Source of the DNA: Selaginella moellendorffii | Taxonomy: Eukaryota; Plantae; Lycopodiophyta | Direction: 5' to 3' | Assembly (NCBI RefSeq): GCF_000143415.4 | Contig: NW_003314328.1 | Location: 523,889 to 587,888 of the forward strand | DNA length: 64,000 nucleotides | Shown: in pieces, positions 52,901 to 64,000 of the stretch | Numbering within the stretch: the first letter of the stretch is position 1 | Layout of the letters: every line of letters starts with the position of its first letter | Notes under the pieces: generated by a model | Databases searched by the model: none | Told to the model about the DNA's origin: nothing | Seen by the model: the letters and a program-made list of their open reading frames with translations, nothing else | Translations under genes and position numbers: made by a program

Positions 52901-55284
52901 AAAATATGGAATTGTCCATGTTAGACTATGTGGCAATTGGAAAGCTTGCAAAAAGGGAGGCCTTAGCAAGCTAAGGGACAGAGTTCCTTCAAGGTTCCCA
53001 AAGACGATTCTAGGTAGCTTAGTACCTAGAAAGGCCAAGTGTAAATGGTTCATAGAACGCGCGAAATCAGAGTGGCGCAGCAGAAGCGTGGTCTTGAAGC
53101 TTGCCATGAGGCAAGGCTATCAAGGGTAGGGAAGTAGTTCCCGAGTGTTCAAAGAGAGGGCTTTGAACGAAAGTCGATGGTCAAGGACTTTCACGCTTAT
53201 GCAGGAACCATGTTACAGTGGTCGGAGGACTCGCCAAGCGAGATTGGCACGTCGGGGGAACAAATACCCTAGTTGAAGGTGATAACTTCAAAAAGGGTGG
53301 GCCATGGGGCCGAGCATGGAGGAGTCCATGCATGATCACAGACATGTCAAGTGAGAGGACTTGGCAGTGTGGAGGAACTAGGTTCCTAAGCTGTGATCTG
53401 TAGCGCGCTTTAAAAATAAGTTGGTGCACCGGCGTGGGGAGTCACGCCAAGCATCTTGTGTGATGCCGTCCGTAGATGCATATACGGAGGTTGGGTTCGA
53501 GTCCCGACCCTCTAGTGCTTGGGTTCGAGTCCCAAATCACTAGGGCGTGGTGATGGTTTGGAATATGAGGACACTCATATTTCGGTGGTCATGGACTCTC
53601 AGTGGGGAGACTGGTTTGGGCACACCGCCAAGCGAGGGATGCCTCGGAGTCGTGATGCACGGTTAGATTGCTTAGTGTGAAAGCTTAGCATATCTAACTT
53701 GAACGCTTTGGTGCAAGTGGCACCAAGGTCGTGGTGAGTGAGATGGGGACACCTAATCTCAGTTGCTATGAACCCTTGGCCGTAAGGGCTGGCTTGGGTG
53801 CACCGCCAAGTGTGGGGGATGCCCCCGGGGTTATAGTCAACAACTTGGAGGTCTAGAAGACCAAGTACCTCTTGGCAACTCTGTTAAGGTGCCAAGGTGA
53901 GATCACTAGGTGATCTTATGGCCAGATAAGGACAAGGTCCTTGGTTGGCTAAGGAATGAAGTTCCTGGTTCAAAATGTTGAAATTGAACTGTTTAAGGTG
54001 GTGTGGCTTGGTCGTGATGACCAAGTGGGAAGAGCACCTAAGGGAAATAAACTATGTCCGTGCGATGGCATAGTGAGTCCGAGGAAAGTAGTCTCTATAA
54101 AAGACCCATGGGAGGGTCACGAAGTTGGGCCGTGGATAGAGCCCATAGCAGAAGATGCTAAAGAGACGTACTAGGGGTGAACATCCTCCGGACTTGGCAA
54201 AGAAGAGTCTTTGCTATGGAACCGAAACAATACCTCAAGAAGGGAGGTAGAGATTCGATGTTGCTTGGTGCAACAATCAACGGATAGGAGCAAAAGATGA
54301 GTGGCCAAGATAGGGCCGTGGAATCCCTTGGAAGGAATCCAAGTGACAAAGTTAGGTGAGGAACACTAATGTGTTGGACGCTAACAAGTTGCGGGAAAGG
54401 AAGTGTGTTTCCAAGGAGGGATTCCGAAATGCTCCGATTTGGCGAAAGTGGAAGCTCCAAGGGAGGGAGCGGTAAGGTAGCCAAATCATAGGGCCATGAA
54501 CAGCCCTAGCACAAAGTATGATAACTGGAACTTTGGCACGAAATAGAAGAGAGGATGATGGTGCCCTCGAGTAGAGAACTTCCTAGGATGGGAAGTGGAG
54601 TTGCACAAAAAGGTGCAAGGCAAGGTGTCGGAGACACCTAGGAAATTGACTCCAAGAAGTCAAAATTCAAAGTTCCAAAGTGCAAAGGTTATATCGATGG
54701 AAATCGAGACTACTCGAGAAGGAGTAGTGGGATTGACTTAGAGAAGGGTCTCTAAGAGATTTAGCGAGGACTAAACCAATAAAAGGAGAGAACCTTTACA
54801 TGTGGTCCAATCAATCTCTAAGTTGGAGAGACTACCCTCCTTAGAGGATAGGCAAGGCATGGTGAGCCTTTGGTGTCAAACCATGGAGGCCTATGCAAAA
54901 GGCATGGTGAGCCTTCAATGTTAAACCATTGACGAATATGGAGAAGGCATGGTGAGCCTTCAATGTCAAACCATTGACAAATATTGGCTAGGTGCCAAGG
55001 ATGGAAATGGTAACACACGCGAGTGTTACTTTACAAAATGGTTTACCGTTCGATGAGGACATCGAACTTCGTCTATGGGTGGTGGAGTTGTGAGACACAA
55101 AATCCCTAGGCCCCAAAGTGGAGCTGGAAGGGCGCCACATGGTAGTGGCCGAAGCGAGAGCCAAACGCGCGTAACACGTTTGGACCAAAAGCTCCGACTT
55201 GAAAAGTCAAGAGCGGGAGTGGAACTCCCAACGAAGTGCTCGAGGAACGAGCACGAAGCGAGCAAAAGGCGAGGCTCCAAAAAG

Positions 55285-55754
55285 GGACCCGAGTTGGAGT
55301 CCGAAGTGGAGTCCGAGATGGACCCGAGTTGGAGTCCGAAGTGGAGTCCGAGATGGACCCGAGTTGGAGTCCGAAATGGAGTCCGAGATGGACCCGAAAT
55401 GGAGTCCGAAGTGGAGTCCGAGATGGACCCGAGTTGGAGTCCGAAATGGAGTCCGAGATGGACCCGAAATGGAGTCCGAAATGGAGTCCGAGATGGACCC
55501 GAGATGGAGTCCGAGATGGAGTCCGAGATGGACCCGAGATGGAGTCCGAGATGGAGTCCGAGATGGAGTCCGAGGTGGACCCGAGATGGACCCGAAATGG
55601 AGTCCGAGATGGAGTCCGAGATGGACCCGAGATGGAGTCCGAGATGGAGTCCGAGATGGACCCGAAATGGAGTCCGAGATGGACCCGAGATGGAGTCCGA
55701 GATGGAGTCCGAGATGGAGTCCGAGATGGAGTCCGAAGTCGAGACCGAGACTGG

Positions 55755-55786
<32 letters not shown>

Positions 55787-55886
55787 TCGGGACCGAGACC
55801 GAGACCAAGGCCGAGGCCGAGACCGAGCCCGAGTCCGAGTCCGAGTCCGAGTCCGAGTCCGAGTCCGAGTCCGAGTCCGAGTCCGG
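55285..55886. repeat. Compound micro/minisatellite in the X2 3' LTR
   Basis: Same units, shorter array than in the 5' LTR. Confidence 0.97.
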
Positions 55887-58800
55887 AGCCTGAGAGGGTG
55901 AAAGCCCAAAGCGTTCGTCTCCCAGACCCTGGGGGGTTTGGTGAGCTCCAAAAGTATAGTAGGGGGAGGACTGCAGTGGAGCCAGTTTGGCCAGGAAAGG
56001 CCAGTTTGGCCTAGGAAGGCCGGACCCAGTGTTGGGTGATGAGCTGCCCACTGGGAAGTCCAAGACTAGAGTGAACATGGACCGACAAGCGGGGTAGCTT
56101 GGTGAAGTGTTCAAGAGCCGGCTCTAGTTCCCCCGGGAGATCGACTGGCCGATGCTCCCAGTCCAAGTGTGGGTGGCATTACCTACTTGGATACCTGGTG
56201 TGGCTCAACGGAACCCGCTCTAAGCCCATGGCTAGAGCACCTAAAGGCGAAAGGTGAGGAGAGTACCCAGGTGGCTCGCGTAAGGCCACGGTGTTCCGAA
56301 ATGTTGTCCCGAAGGCCCAGACTGTGGAAAGGAAGAGGAACAGTCCTCTGGGGCAGTGACCAAGGACACAGTCGTGTGGTGAGGAAGTCCCAGAGGACCG
56401 TGGGACTTAGTGGTCGGGCCTGTGGGTCTCGATCCAGTGGCAGTGTTGGCAAACACGGCCAGGGGCAGAAAGGGACTTAGTGGGAACTGACAGAGGGATA
56501 TTGGGGAAGGTTATTCCCCTTGTCGGTGGGCATCCTAAGGATGCTAAGGAGTGGATCTGAGATGACCACTCACGGATGGTTTGCCTAGTCTTGGAGAGCC
56601 AAGACGGTGATGCAAGTGGTATTGGACTACCAGTGTGGCAAAGGTGATTGGGCATGGCCTTAGCGTGACGGGCTGCTATGTCGGTGGTACCTTTGAGTGT
56701 CGGTCATGGGATCGGACACGTGGAGCACTTGGACCAAGTGCAAATGTTAAGTGGCCTGGATGCCATTCTCGGGGCTAGCAAGTCCCAAGTCCTGGATTGG
56801 ACTTATGGAGGTGGTGAATGAGACTCCTCCAAGTGGTCAGAGGTGTGGTTAAGTGACTAAAGTAGAATGGAAAATTTAGTCGCTTACATTTAAGCTTTAT
56901 TCAATGATAATTAAGTCTCTAAGATATCATTGTTTTTGACTTTGATATTGTCCATCTGTTGATCTTTGAATTTGGGCTAGTATACATAGCTTGGCTTTGG
57001 CACTTTGTGTGCATGGTGAAATCTTTAGTTATGGGGTAGCTACTATCGACTGGTCACAACACCCGCCTCTCTATCGATGTTCCTTGTTCCATTAAAAGGG
57101 TGTGACTGTGTAAACAACTCTAACTGCCTGTTTACAATAGTCTATTTAAACCTTACTGATAGGTTTGGTTTCTTTGCTCATGAGGGTTGAGGCCTCTAGC
57201 TTCTCTCTCTATGTCCCTGCAGGCAGGGGCGTATCACACTTTTGTAAGTTGGGTGACACCCAGAGCAGCAAGGGTGGCTAACTCTGTTGGTCATTTCCTT
57301 ATCGGCGACTGCCGAAAGGTGTTTGAGTTGGTAGCGCATCCGCGTTAGACAAAGAGGTTATCTTAACTCATTTAAGTTGGTGCATTTCTCATATAGTGTG
57401 ATCACCATGAACTTTTTCTAGAGTTGTTTCCTTGGCGATGGTCTAAACTGGAGTGTGCAATGACGAGGATGTCGATCTTCCCTAGGGGGGGAGAGTGTCG
57501 CGAATGTGACTTCGGGTATCAAAAGTTACCTGTTAGCTAGTTCTTTCGGATATTCTTTCCTTATTGCCACGATGGCAGGAGGTTGGTATTGCTGGACCCG
57601 TTATCAATCTCCGCCTAAGCTAGTTGAGAAACTGGCCAATGACCATGCACTTAAATTGGATAAACATAAGGTAGGAACCTTATATGTTTCTTGCTGAGCA
57701 TACTCGGCTTGGTTTGAGAAACTTGTGTCATTAACTTGCACTTGCTAGTATCAAGAACCCCCATGATATTAAGATTGGTCCCTCAATATCACTACATGAT
57801 AGTTTATTGTGTTTGCCAAACACTCTTGCTATCATGCCTTTTGTGTTAGTCTCATTCAAATCCCAAATACTATTTATGGAAAGTATCCAAATTTGCTCAT
57901 TTGACATATCTACAGAATGTAGAGATTGTCTTGAACACAATGGTGTTCATCCCGTATCCAAATTTGCAATCTAGGGACATTCTATATTTAGTAAGTTTCA
58001 AGCTTGTCCTAGAGACTAACTCTTGGTACTAAGGGAGGCTTGGGGTGAAAGCCCAAAGCATGTATTCCTCAAGGGAGGGGGGGTTGGGGGATTCCAAATG
58101 TATAGTAGGGATAATGGGTAGGTCGGGCATGGCTGATTAACCTGAGGCATAGTTTAGCTTCCACTTGTGTGCCTATCCTTGTTCTACGTTCGGCTTGAGT
58201 CTAAGCCCAAGCTCCACACCATGCTAGCTGGTGGAGTACCTATATCCTTACATTAGGCCATTGGTATGCCAAAATAGTGCCAGACTCCGTTTGGCTCCGT
58301 TTTGTGTGCTAGTCTAGCATTGGGATGTTGAATGCTCTAAGATTGTTCCAAGTCACTCCGTGCTCCTGTCCCTTTGCTCCTTAGGCTATATGTTCGAGAG
58401 TTGCTCTATGGTCTGGTTCTATCACTTCTTGGCTCCATGTTTAGGAGTTTTGGCATTTTTCCTTCATTCAGTGGCCCAAGGCCCTAAAACTCAGGTTCCG
58501 CACCACTGTCCTTTGGACACGTGGCATGTGGCATGTGGCATGTGATATGTGGCACATGAAGGGTTTAAGTTCCGCTTCATGGTTATCCTATAGTAATTCA
58601 CTATAAGATAAAGGGTGAAAACTATATACATTATATAATATATCCAAATTTCATCCCATGATCACATGTATTACACTTCAGAGATATCAATGTCCTCATT
58701 GACTATTGACTAACAACCCCTATTAAGCCAAGGGGATTCAACACCTTCATTTCCACATTGAATTTACTAATCCTTCTATTGTGTAAATAAGTTATTTCAT

Positions 58801-60247
58801 ACGAAACAACTAATCATTCACTGTATCATAATCTTATAGTGGATACCTTCATCTGTGGATGCTCCACAAGAGGAAGGATATATGTATAGATGCGTAATAC
58901 GTACGATTTAAAATTTAGGAGTAAGAATATACCTTACTCAAGGGTATATTATATTTTAAGTAGCCATTAATCAATGGGAATCAAACTTGTGCCATTTGTT
59001 CCGATACCACATATAGCATACCCTATCTCTCTCCTTTTAACCTAATTGAAAAAGAGGTAATTGCTTGATGAAAGAGCCTTTAATAGTTATTTTATATCTA
59101 TTTATCCCTCAAAGTTCTAAGAATCCACAATGATAGTATATTCAAATCTCATCCCATGATCACATGCATTACAACTAACTCCCTAAGCCACCAAAGTACC
59201 TAGCACTTTGGCAATTTGGGGGGTTAAGGTTATTTGAATAACTATAACTAGTTTCAGTTATTAGAGATATGATATTATTTTTTCCAAATTATCTAGAAAG
59301 GATGTATTGTCATTAATATTTTTTACATATTTTGGAATTATTACAAGAACTTTAAAGAGTATACATAAGGCATATTGAAATATTTTATATTATATTAATC
59401 TATGAATGGATGAATCCTCATCCTTAAATTTATTTTATATTGTATTAGATCCTAAACAATAGGCTTATGCTTTTAATGTCATTGAGTAATATTCACAATT
59501 ATGGATAAAACTTGACTCATACTGAGAATTAAATTTGTCATTGAAGGATTATCATTACTAACATCATTATTGACTATCAAATTTAACATGCTGAAAAACC
59601 CTTCTTTGGATCTATGTGAATCCATGCATCAGACATCGTAATAGATAACAATAATGTTAAAATTGTCACACTTGCTCAAGTTAGATATGCTGTAGGATTT
59701 AAATTTATTTTATACATTGCTGATATTTTTCTTATTGCTCTCCTTAAATTTCAATTTATATTTCATTAGTAGTATAAAGAGAAATAGAGAATCTCAGATG
59801 AAGAGGTTTCTTCTTTTTTTAGATTACCATCTCTTTCATTCTCTTAAAGTATTGTTTCCAAAAGTTTTTATATCGTCATTTTGATCTTCATCTTGGCTTT
59901 ATTTCATTAAAGGTTGTGATTCATAATGACACTGATATAGTTGCATGCTTGGAGTTTCTTTTTTCAAGTGTGAGTGAGGGTAGACAATAATGGGATTTGC
60001 AAAATTCCAAATCAAAGGAAATTTGAGTTTTTGAATCTCTAGTCAAAGTGTTATAATGCACTTTAGCCAAAGTGAATGTGAAGCAAGAGTCAATTATCAT
60101 CATTTCCTCCTCTTTTAGTTCAAGAAAAGAAGTCATGCTAGTGCGAGCACTGAATTCACCAACTCCATCTTTATCATTATTCAAATCTATTAATAATACT
60201 TTTCAATTTTTATGCCTTTTAGTCAACATGTGCTTGTTTTTGTATAG

Positions 60248-60600
60248 GCTTGTGAGCAAGCTTCCATCCTTCTACAATGGCAACATTTTCTTCAAGCTAC
60301 CACCTCTTGTTAACAATATAGATTCCAACAAAAGGGGATGGAAACCAAGTAAGATGTTCATAATTGGTGTAAAATCAAGACCACACATTTTTAACATTTT
60401 GAACATATAATATCTATAGTTCATTGTGGTAGGCAATTAGATTGTGTGGATGAAGCATGCAATTGAGATCATTGTAGAAATTCAATATTTTTCGATAGAT
60501 TTGCAATCAATCCTCCTGCCTATGATACCATTGCTGTTGAATTCAAGTGTCAATTTTGCAAAAGTATTCCTCTATATCATGCCATTTGTGAGGCCAGGAT
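60248..60600 (+). pseudogene. Fragment of a Cys-rich, probably transposase-associated protein of a family seen in mosses and ferns
   Basis: VSKLPSFYNGNIFFKLPP...GMETK.DVHNWCKIKTT...HCGRQLDCVDEAC...FKCQFCKSIPLYHAICEARI. Cut off by the LTR at 60601. Confidence 0.5.
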
Positions 60601-63600
60601 TGTAGTGGACATGATTTTCACCTTTTATCTTATAGTGATTTACTAAAGAACAACCACGAAGCAGAACCTAAACCCTCCATGTGCCATGTGTTATATGCCA
60701 CATGTCTAAGAACAGTGGGGGCTTAAACCTAAGCCGGATGTAGAACAAGGACAAGCATGCAAGCGAAAGCTAGACTATGGCTTGGGTTGGTTAGCAATGC
60801 CCAACCTACCCACTATCTCTACTACACATTTGGAACCCTCTACAACCTGCATGCTTTGGGCTTTCACCCTTAGTCACCCTTAGTACCAAGAGTTAGTCTC
60901 TAAGACTAACTCAAAACTTACTAAATATGGAATGGCATTAGATTGCGAATTTGAACACCACTATTGTGTTTAGAACAATCTTTACATTCTGTAAATATGC
61001 CAAATTAACAAATCTAGACACTTTCTATAAATAGCAATTATCCTATTATTATAGTAGTAAGAAAAGAATATCCAAAAGTGCTAAGCGACAGGTAATTTTC
61101 AATACTCGCAGTCACATTCGCAACACTCTCCCCCCTTAGGGAAGATCCACATCTTTGTTGATGCATACTTTAGTGTAGAACACCTCTAAGGAAATAAGTC
61201 CAGAAAAAGTTTACCCCCCTTAGGGAAGATCCACATCTTTGTTGATGCATACTTTAGTGTAGAACACCTCTAAGGAAACAAGTCCAGAAAAAGTTCACGG
61301 TATTCACACTTGGTAAAAAATGCACCAACTTAAATGCGTTAAGGTAACCTTTCTATCTAATGCAAATGCACTACCAACTCAGACATATTTCAGCTGTCAC
61401 CGACAAGGAAATGACTAATGGAGTTAACTACCCTTGCTGCTCTGGTTGTCACCCAGCTTACAAAATACTAATATGCCTCTACTCACAGGTGATATAGAGA
61501 GAAAAGCCAGAGGCCCTAACCTTTATGAGCAACCAAACTAAACTCATTGGTAAGGTTTAGATAGATTACTATAAATAGGAAATTAAAGTTATTTATACAA
61601 TGACACCCTTTTAAATGAAATAAGGAACATCAACAAAGAAGTAGGTGATATGACTAGTTGATAGTAGTTATGCTATAACTAGAGATTTCACCATGCACAC
61701 GAAATGCTGAAACTAGTCCATTTAATTATTAGTGAATAAATTTTAGATTAGAACACAGAAGTATTCTAAGTAAGTTATCATCTGATAAACCAATATTAGA
61801 GTACAGAACCATCAAAATCATCATAATTGTAAAATATAAAATTCACCAGCCGACAAAATTCAATAGCAAATGTATCATCAATACCACTCGATGATAAAAC
61901 TTAACTATTAAAGATTGAAGACAACATGCTAAAGAACTTTTGAAAAACAACTAAAAGAACACAAAGTATTATTGACAGATAGGCAAAATGCTCGCAAATG
62001 TATTACCCAAAAGAAATAACATCCAAATTTATTACAACCAACCTTAGCAATAATTAATATAACAGAATGAATGTTGCACACTTGTTCATACCAACTATCA
62101 CATTAGCTAATTTGAATAAATCTCAGTTAACAATACCAAAGAACCAGAGTTGCTCATGCAACGTTAGCAATATCCTATTGATATCTTAAACCTAAAAGAC
62201 CAATCCAGACCAAATCACAAAGAACATATCGTAATGCAAAAAGTCATAAGTCATCAAAGAGAATAACTAATTATCATGAAAGACCATCAATCATCCCATC
62301 AATATAGATGCATAATCATTGTCAAAGAAAAAATATATTATTCCGAAGAATGGAAAATTATTCTATATCAACAATAATCTAGCAAAACCTTTAACAAGGA
62401 TAATTAATTATCCTAAATGACAATCAATCATCACTAATGATTATTACATGCAAAAATTAACTTCAATAATGAAACTAATGAGCTAAACTACCTTCCCTAA
62501 CAATTTTTAACAAATGGAACAATATGTATGAAACTCAAGAAATAAAAAACTCGAAGAATCTTAGAGCCAAGTTTTGCATGAACTAACTTTAATACTAAAG
62601 AAGAAATTATGGTACAACCCACAACATTCTTCTTAATATATCCATAAGCTAAATTTCATAATGCAAATTTAATAAAGAGTATGTCGACATCAATCCAAAA
62701 GTTAAACATAATAAAGCTATGCTCAATAAGTGATTACCAAAAAATCCTCCATAAATCCATCTTCTATAGCAATAAGCTTATTAATACATCTAACCAACAA
62801 CTCTAAGCATGTCTTAAAGAGGCTAGCTATGCATGAAGAGTACTTAGTCATAACTAAAATGAAGACCATGAGATGGACTCATATTGGTACACAACTTCCT
62901 CATAGACAAAACTATAATACAGGTACTAACATCTTAACTACAAACAATTAAGTTGGACATCATTATCCTCAACCAAGGGGAAAAGCTAAACCAAATCAGG
63001 ATTAGTGAGAATTTATTACTCTTATAGAGTTTAATGAAATGCAAAATGCAACCTACCACTTAGCATAACACTATAAAAAAGAGGTACAAAGGTCACCTTT
63101 CTAGAAAAGTGTAACAATTACTTTACTAAACCAACTTTAAACTTTATATAACTTAATTGTCTTAGCCTCAAAAGTCAGCATCCTTTTTGGGTCGCATCAT
63201 ATAAATTATATATTAAGGTTTAAGCTAACCAAAGTTAAGTCCAACTCTTTCATTAGTTTATAATGGCTTACAAAAACAAAAAAAAATTCAAGCAAAATGA
63301 TCAATAGATTAGCTATTAGAAAAGTGTAAGAAAATTTATGGAAAAATTTTCCATCCTAAAGAAAGAATGACTCTCAGTCTAAAAATATAAACTTTCAAGA
63401 CTCAACCAACTTCCTTCTACCAACAACTTCACATACATTCACTATAATATTAATTCTCATGACCTAATAGTATGATTAAACATCGAACATCATACCCATA
63501 TATTCAACATTCAACATTGACATCTGCAAAATATAAATGAATACCCAAGACTCGATCATGAAGACCATATATTCATATATCTATATTGCATTAACACTTT

Positions 63601-64000
63601 TTTTTAATCATCTTCAAGATCCAATATAAAGCCAAAACACTAACAAAAAAAATAACATAAAAAATCAAGGTCTAAGGAAAATTCTTTATCATTCAAAACA
63701 ACAATGCCACTTTCACTAACACAAGTGCTAGTAATGTCAATGCCTTAACTTCACATTTTCACTATCTAATAATCTACTTCAAGTGCTAATGAATAAATCA
63801 ACAATCCAACCCTTTTCAAAACCTAATGGGCAAATTTTTAAGGAGCAAGATACCAACTTAAGCTTAACATAATGGATTATCATTGAGAACTTAGTCAAAT
63901 CTACTATGTGCAAGTACACTAGCTTCACTGTCAACCACTTTTAAGGTTAATCATCATTTGACCAAGTAACTTCGTAAACCCATTACTCACTATCCCATGG
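60601..64000 (-). mobile_element. Old gypsy family 2 element (internally deleted 3' LTR 60601-61125, PPT from 61126, decayed pol running off the window)
   Basis: Inverted homolog of 46508-49100 plus 56889-58635. Continues past 63357 with SF(L)GM-like and LLGH-like RT relics. Confidence 0.8.
61131..61295 (+). repeat. Tandem duplication of an 83-bp unit next to the PPT
   Basis: CCCCCTTAGGGAAGATCCACATC...CCAGAAAAAGTT occurs twice in tandem. Confidence 0.9.

Larger units (their letters stand above)
49101..56888 (+). mobile_element. Young full-length non-autonomous LTR retrotransposon X2 (same family as X1). 5' LTR 49101-50947, 3' LTR 55089-56888, TSD TTTAA
   Basis: TGTGAG...TTACA termini, exact TSD, PBS TGGTATCGGAGC at 50951, purine-rich tract at 55077-55087. 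The LTRs are nearly identical outside the arrays. Confidence 0.94.
46508..58635 (+). mobile_element. Gypsy family 2 element, 3' half (decayed RNase H/integrase region, PPT 57485-57495, 3' LTR 57496-58635), interrupted by element X2
   Basis: Integrase zinc-finger relic LCHD...CKTCDH near 48190-48250. PPT AGGGGGGGAGAG precedes TGTCG. The LTR is homologous to the solo LTR 27746-28871, and the whole region is the inverted homolog of 60601-63357. Confidence 0.8.

Noticed and set aside
53470-53545. Complete tRNA gene
   Set aside because: Only T-arm-like hairpins are present, with no acceptor stem or D-arm. Reported as a motif finding instead.
38769-56114. Long RS-, SD- and GL-rich ORFs (200-370 aa) resembling SR proteins or adhesins
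   Set aside because: They occur on both strands in all frames over the stop-free LTR tandem arrays, so they are translation artefacts.
46508-63357. Giant foldback element with multi-kb terminal inverted repeats
   Set aside because: There is no TSD, the arms are gypsy pol+LTR sequence, and the right arm continues beyond 63357. These are two oppositely oriented gypsy copies.

Overview
This is eukaryotic, repeat-rich land-plant genomic DNA. The 47-64 bp GT-AG introns, GC-rich exons and tRNA-iMet-primed gypsy elements suggest a lycophyte such as Selaginella (inference). The left half (1-36 kb) is a mosaic of duplicated modules. A direct duplication carries two intact two-exon CYP71-clan cytochrome P450 genes, each followed by a decayed kinase and a decayed intron-containing IS3EU-like DDE transposase. 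An inverted duplication carries an unknown multi-exon gene, and there are two inverted fragments of a LIN/CERBERUS-type E3 ligase ARM region. The right half (36-64 kb) is a nest of gypsy retrotransposons: an old, apparently chimeric gypsy carrying two young, oppositely oriented, non-coding 7.7-kb LTR elements whose 1.8-kb LTRs contain hypervariable CpG-rich minisatellites. Those arrays explain most of the long low-complexity ORFs. An inverted old gypsy copy and a Cys-rich transposase-like fragment follow. There is one assembly gap (28422-28584). Percent identities are by-eye estimates and family assignments are from recalled motifs, not searches.
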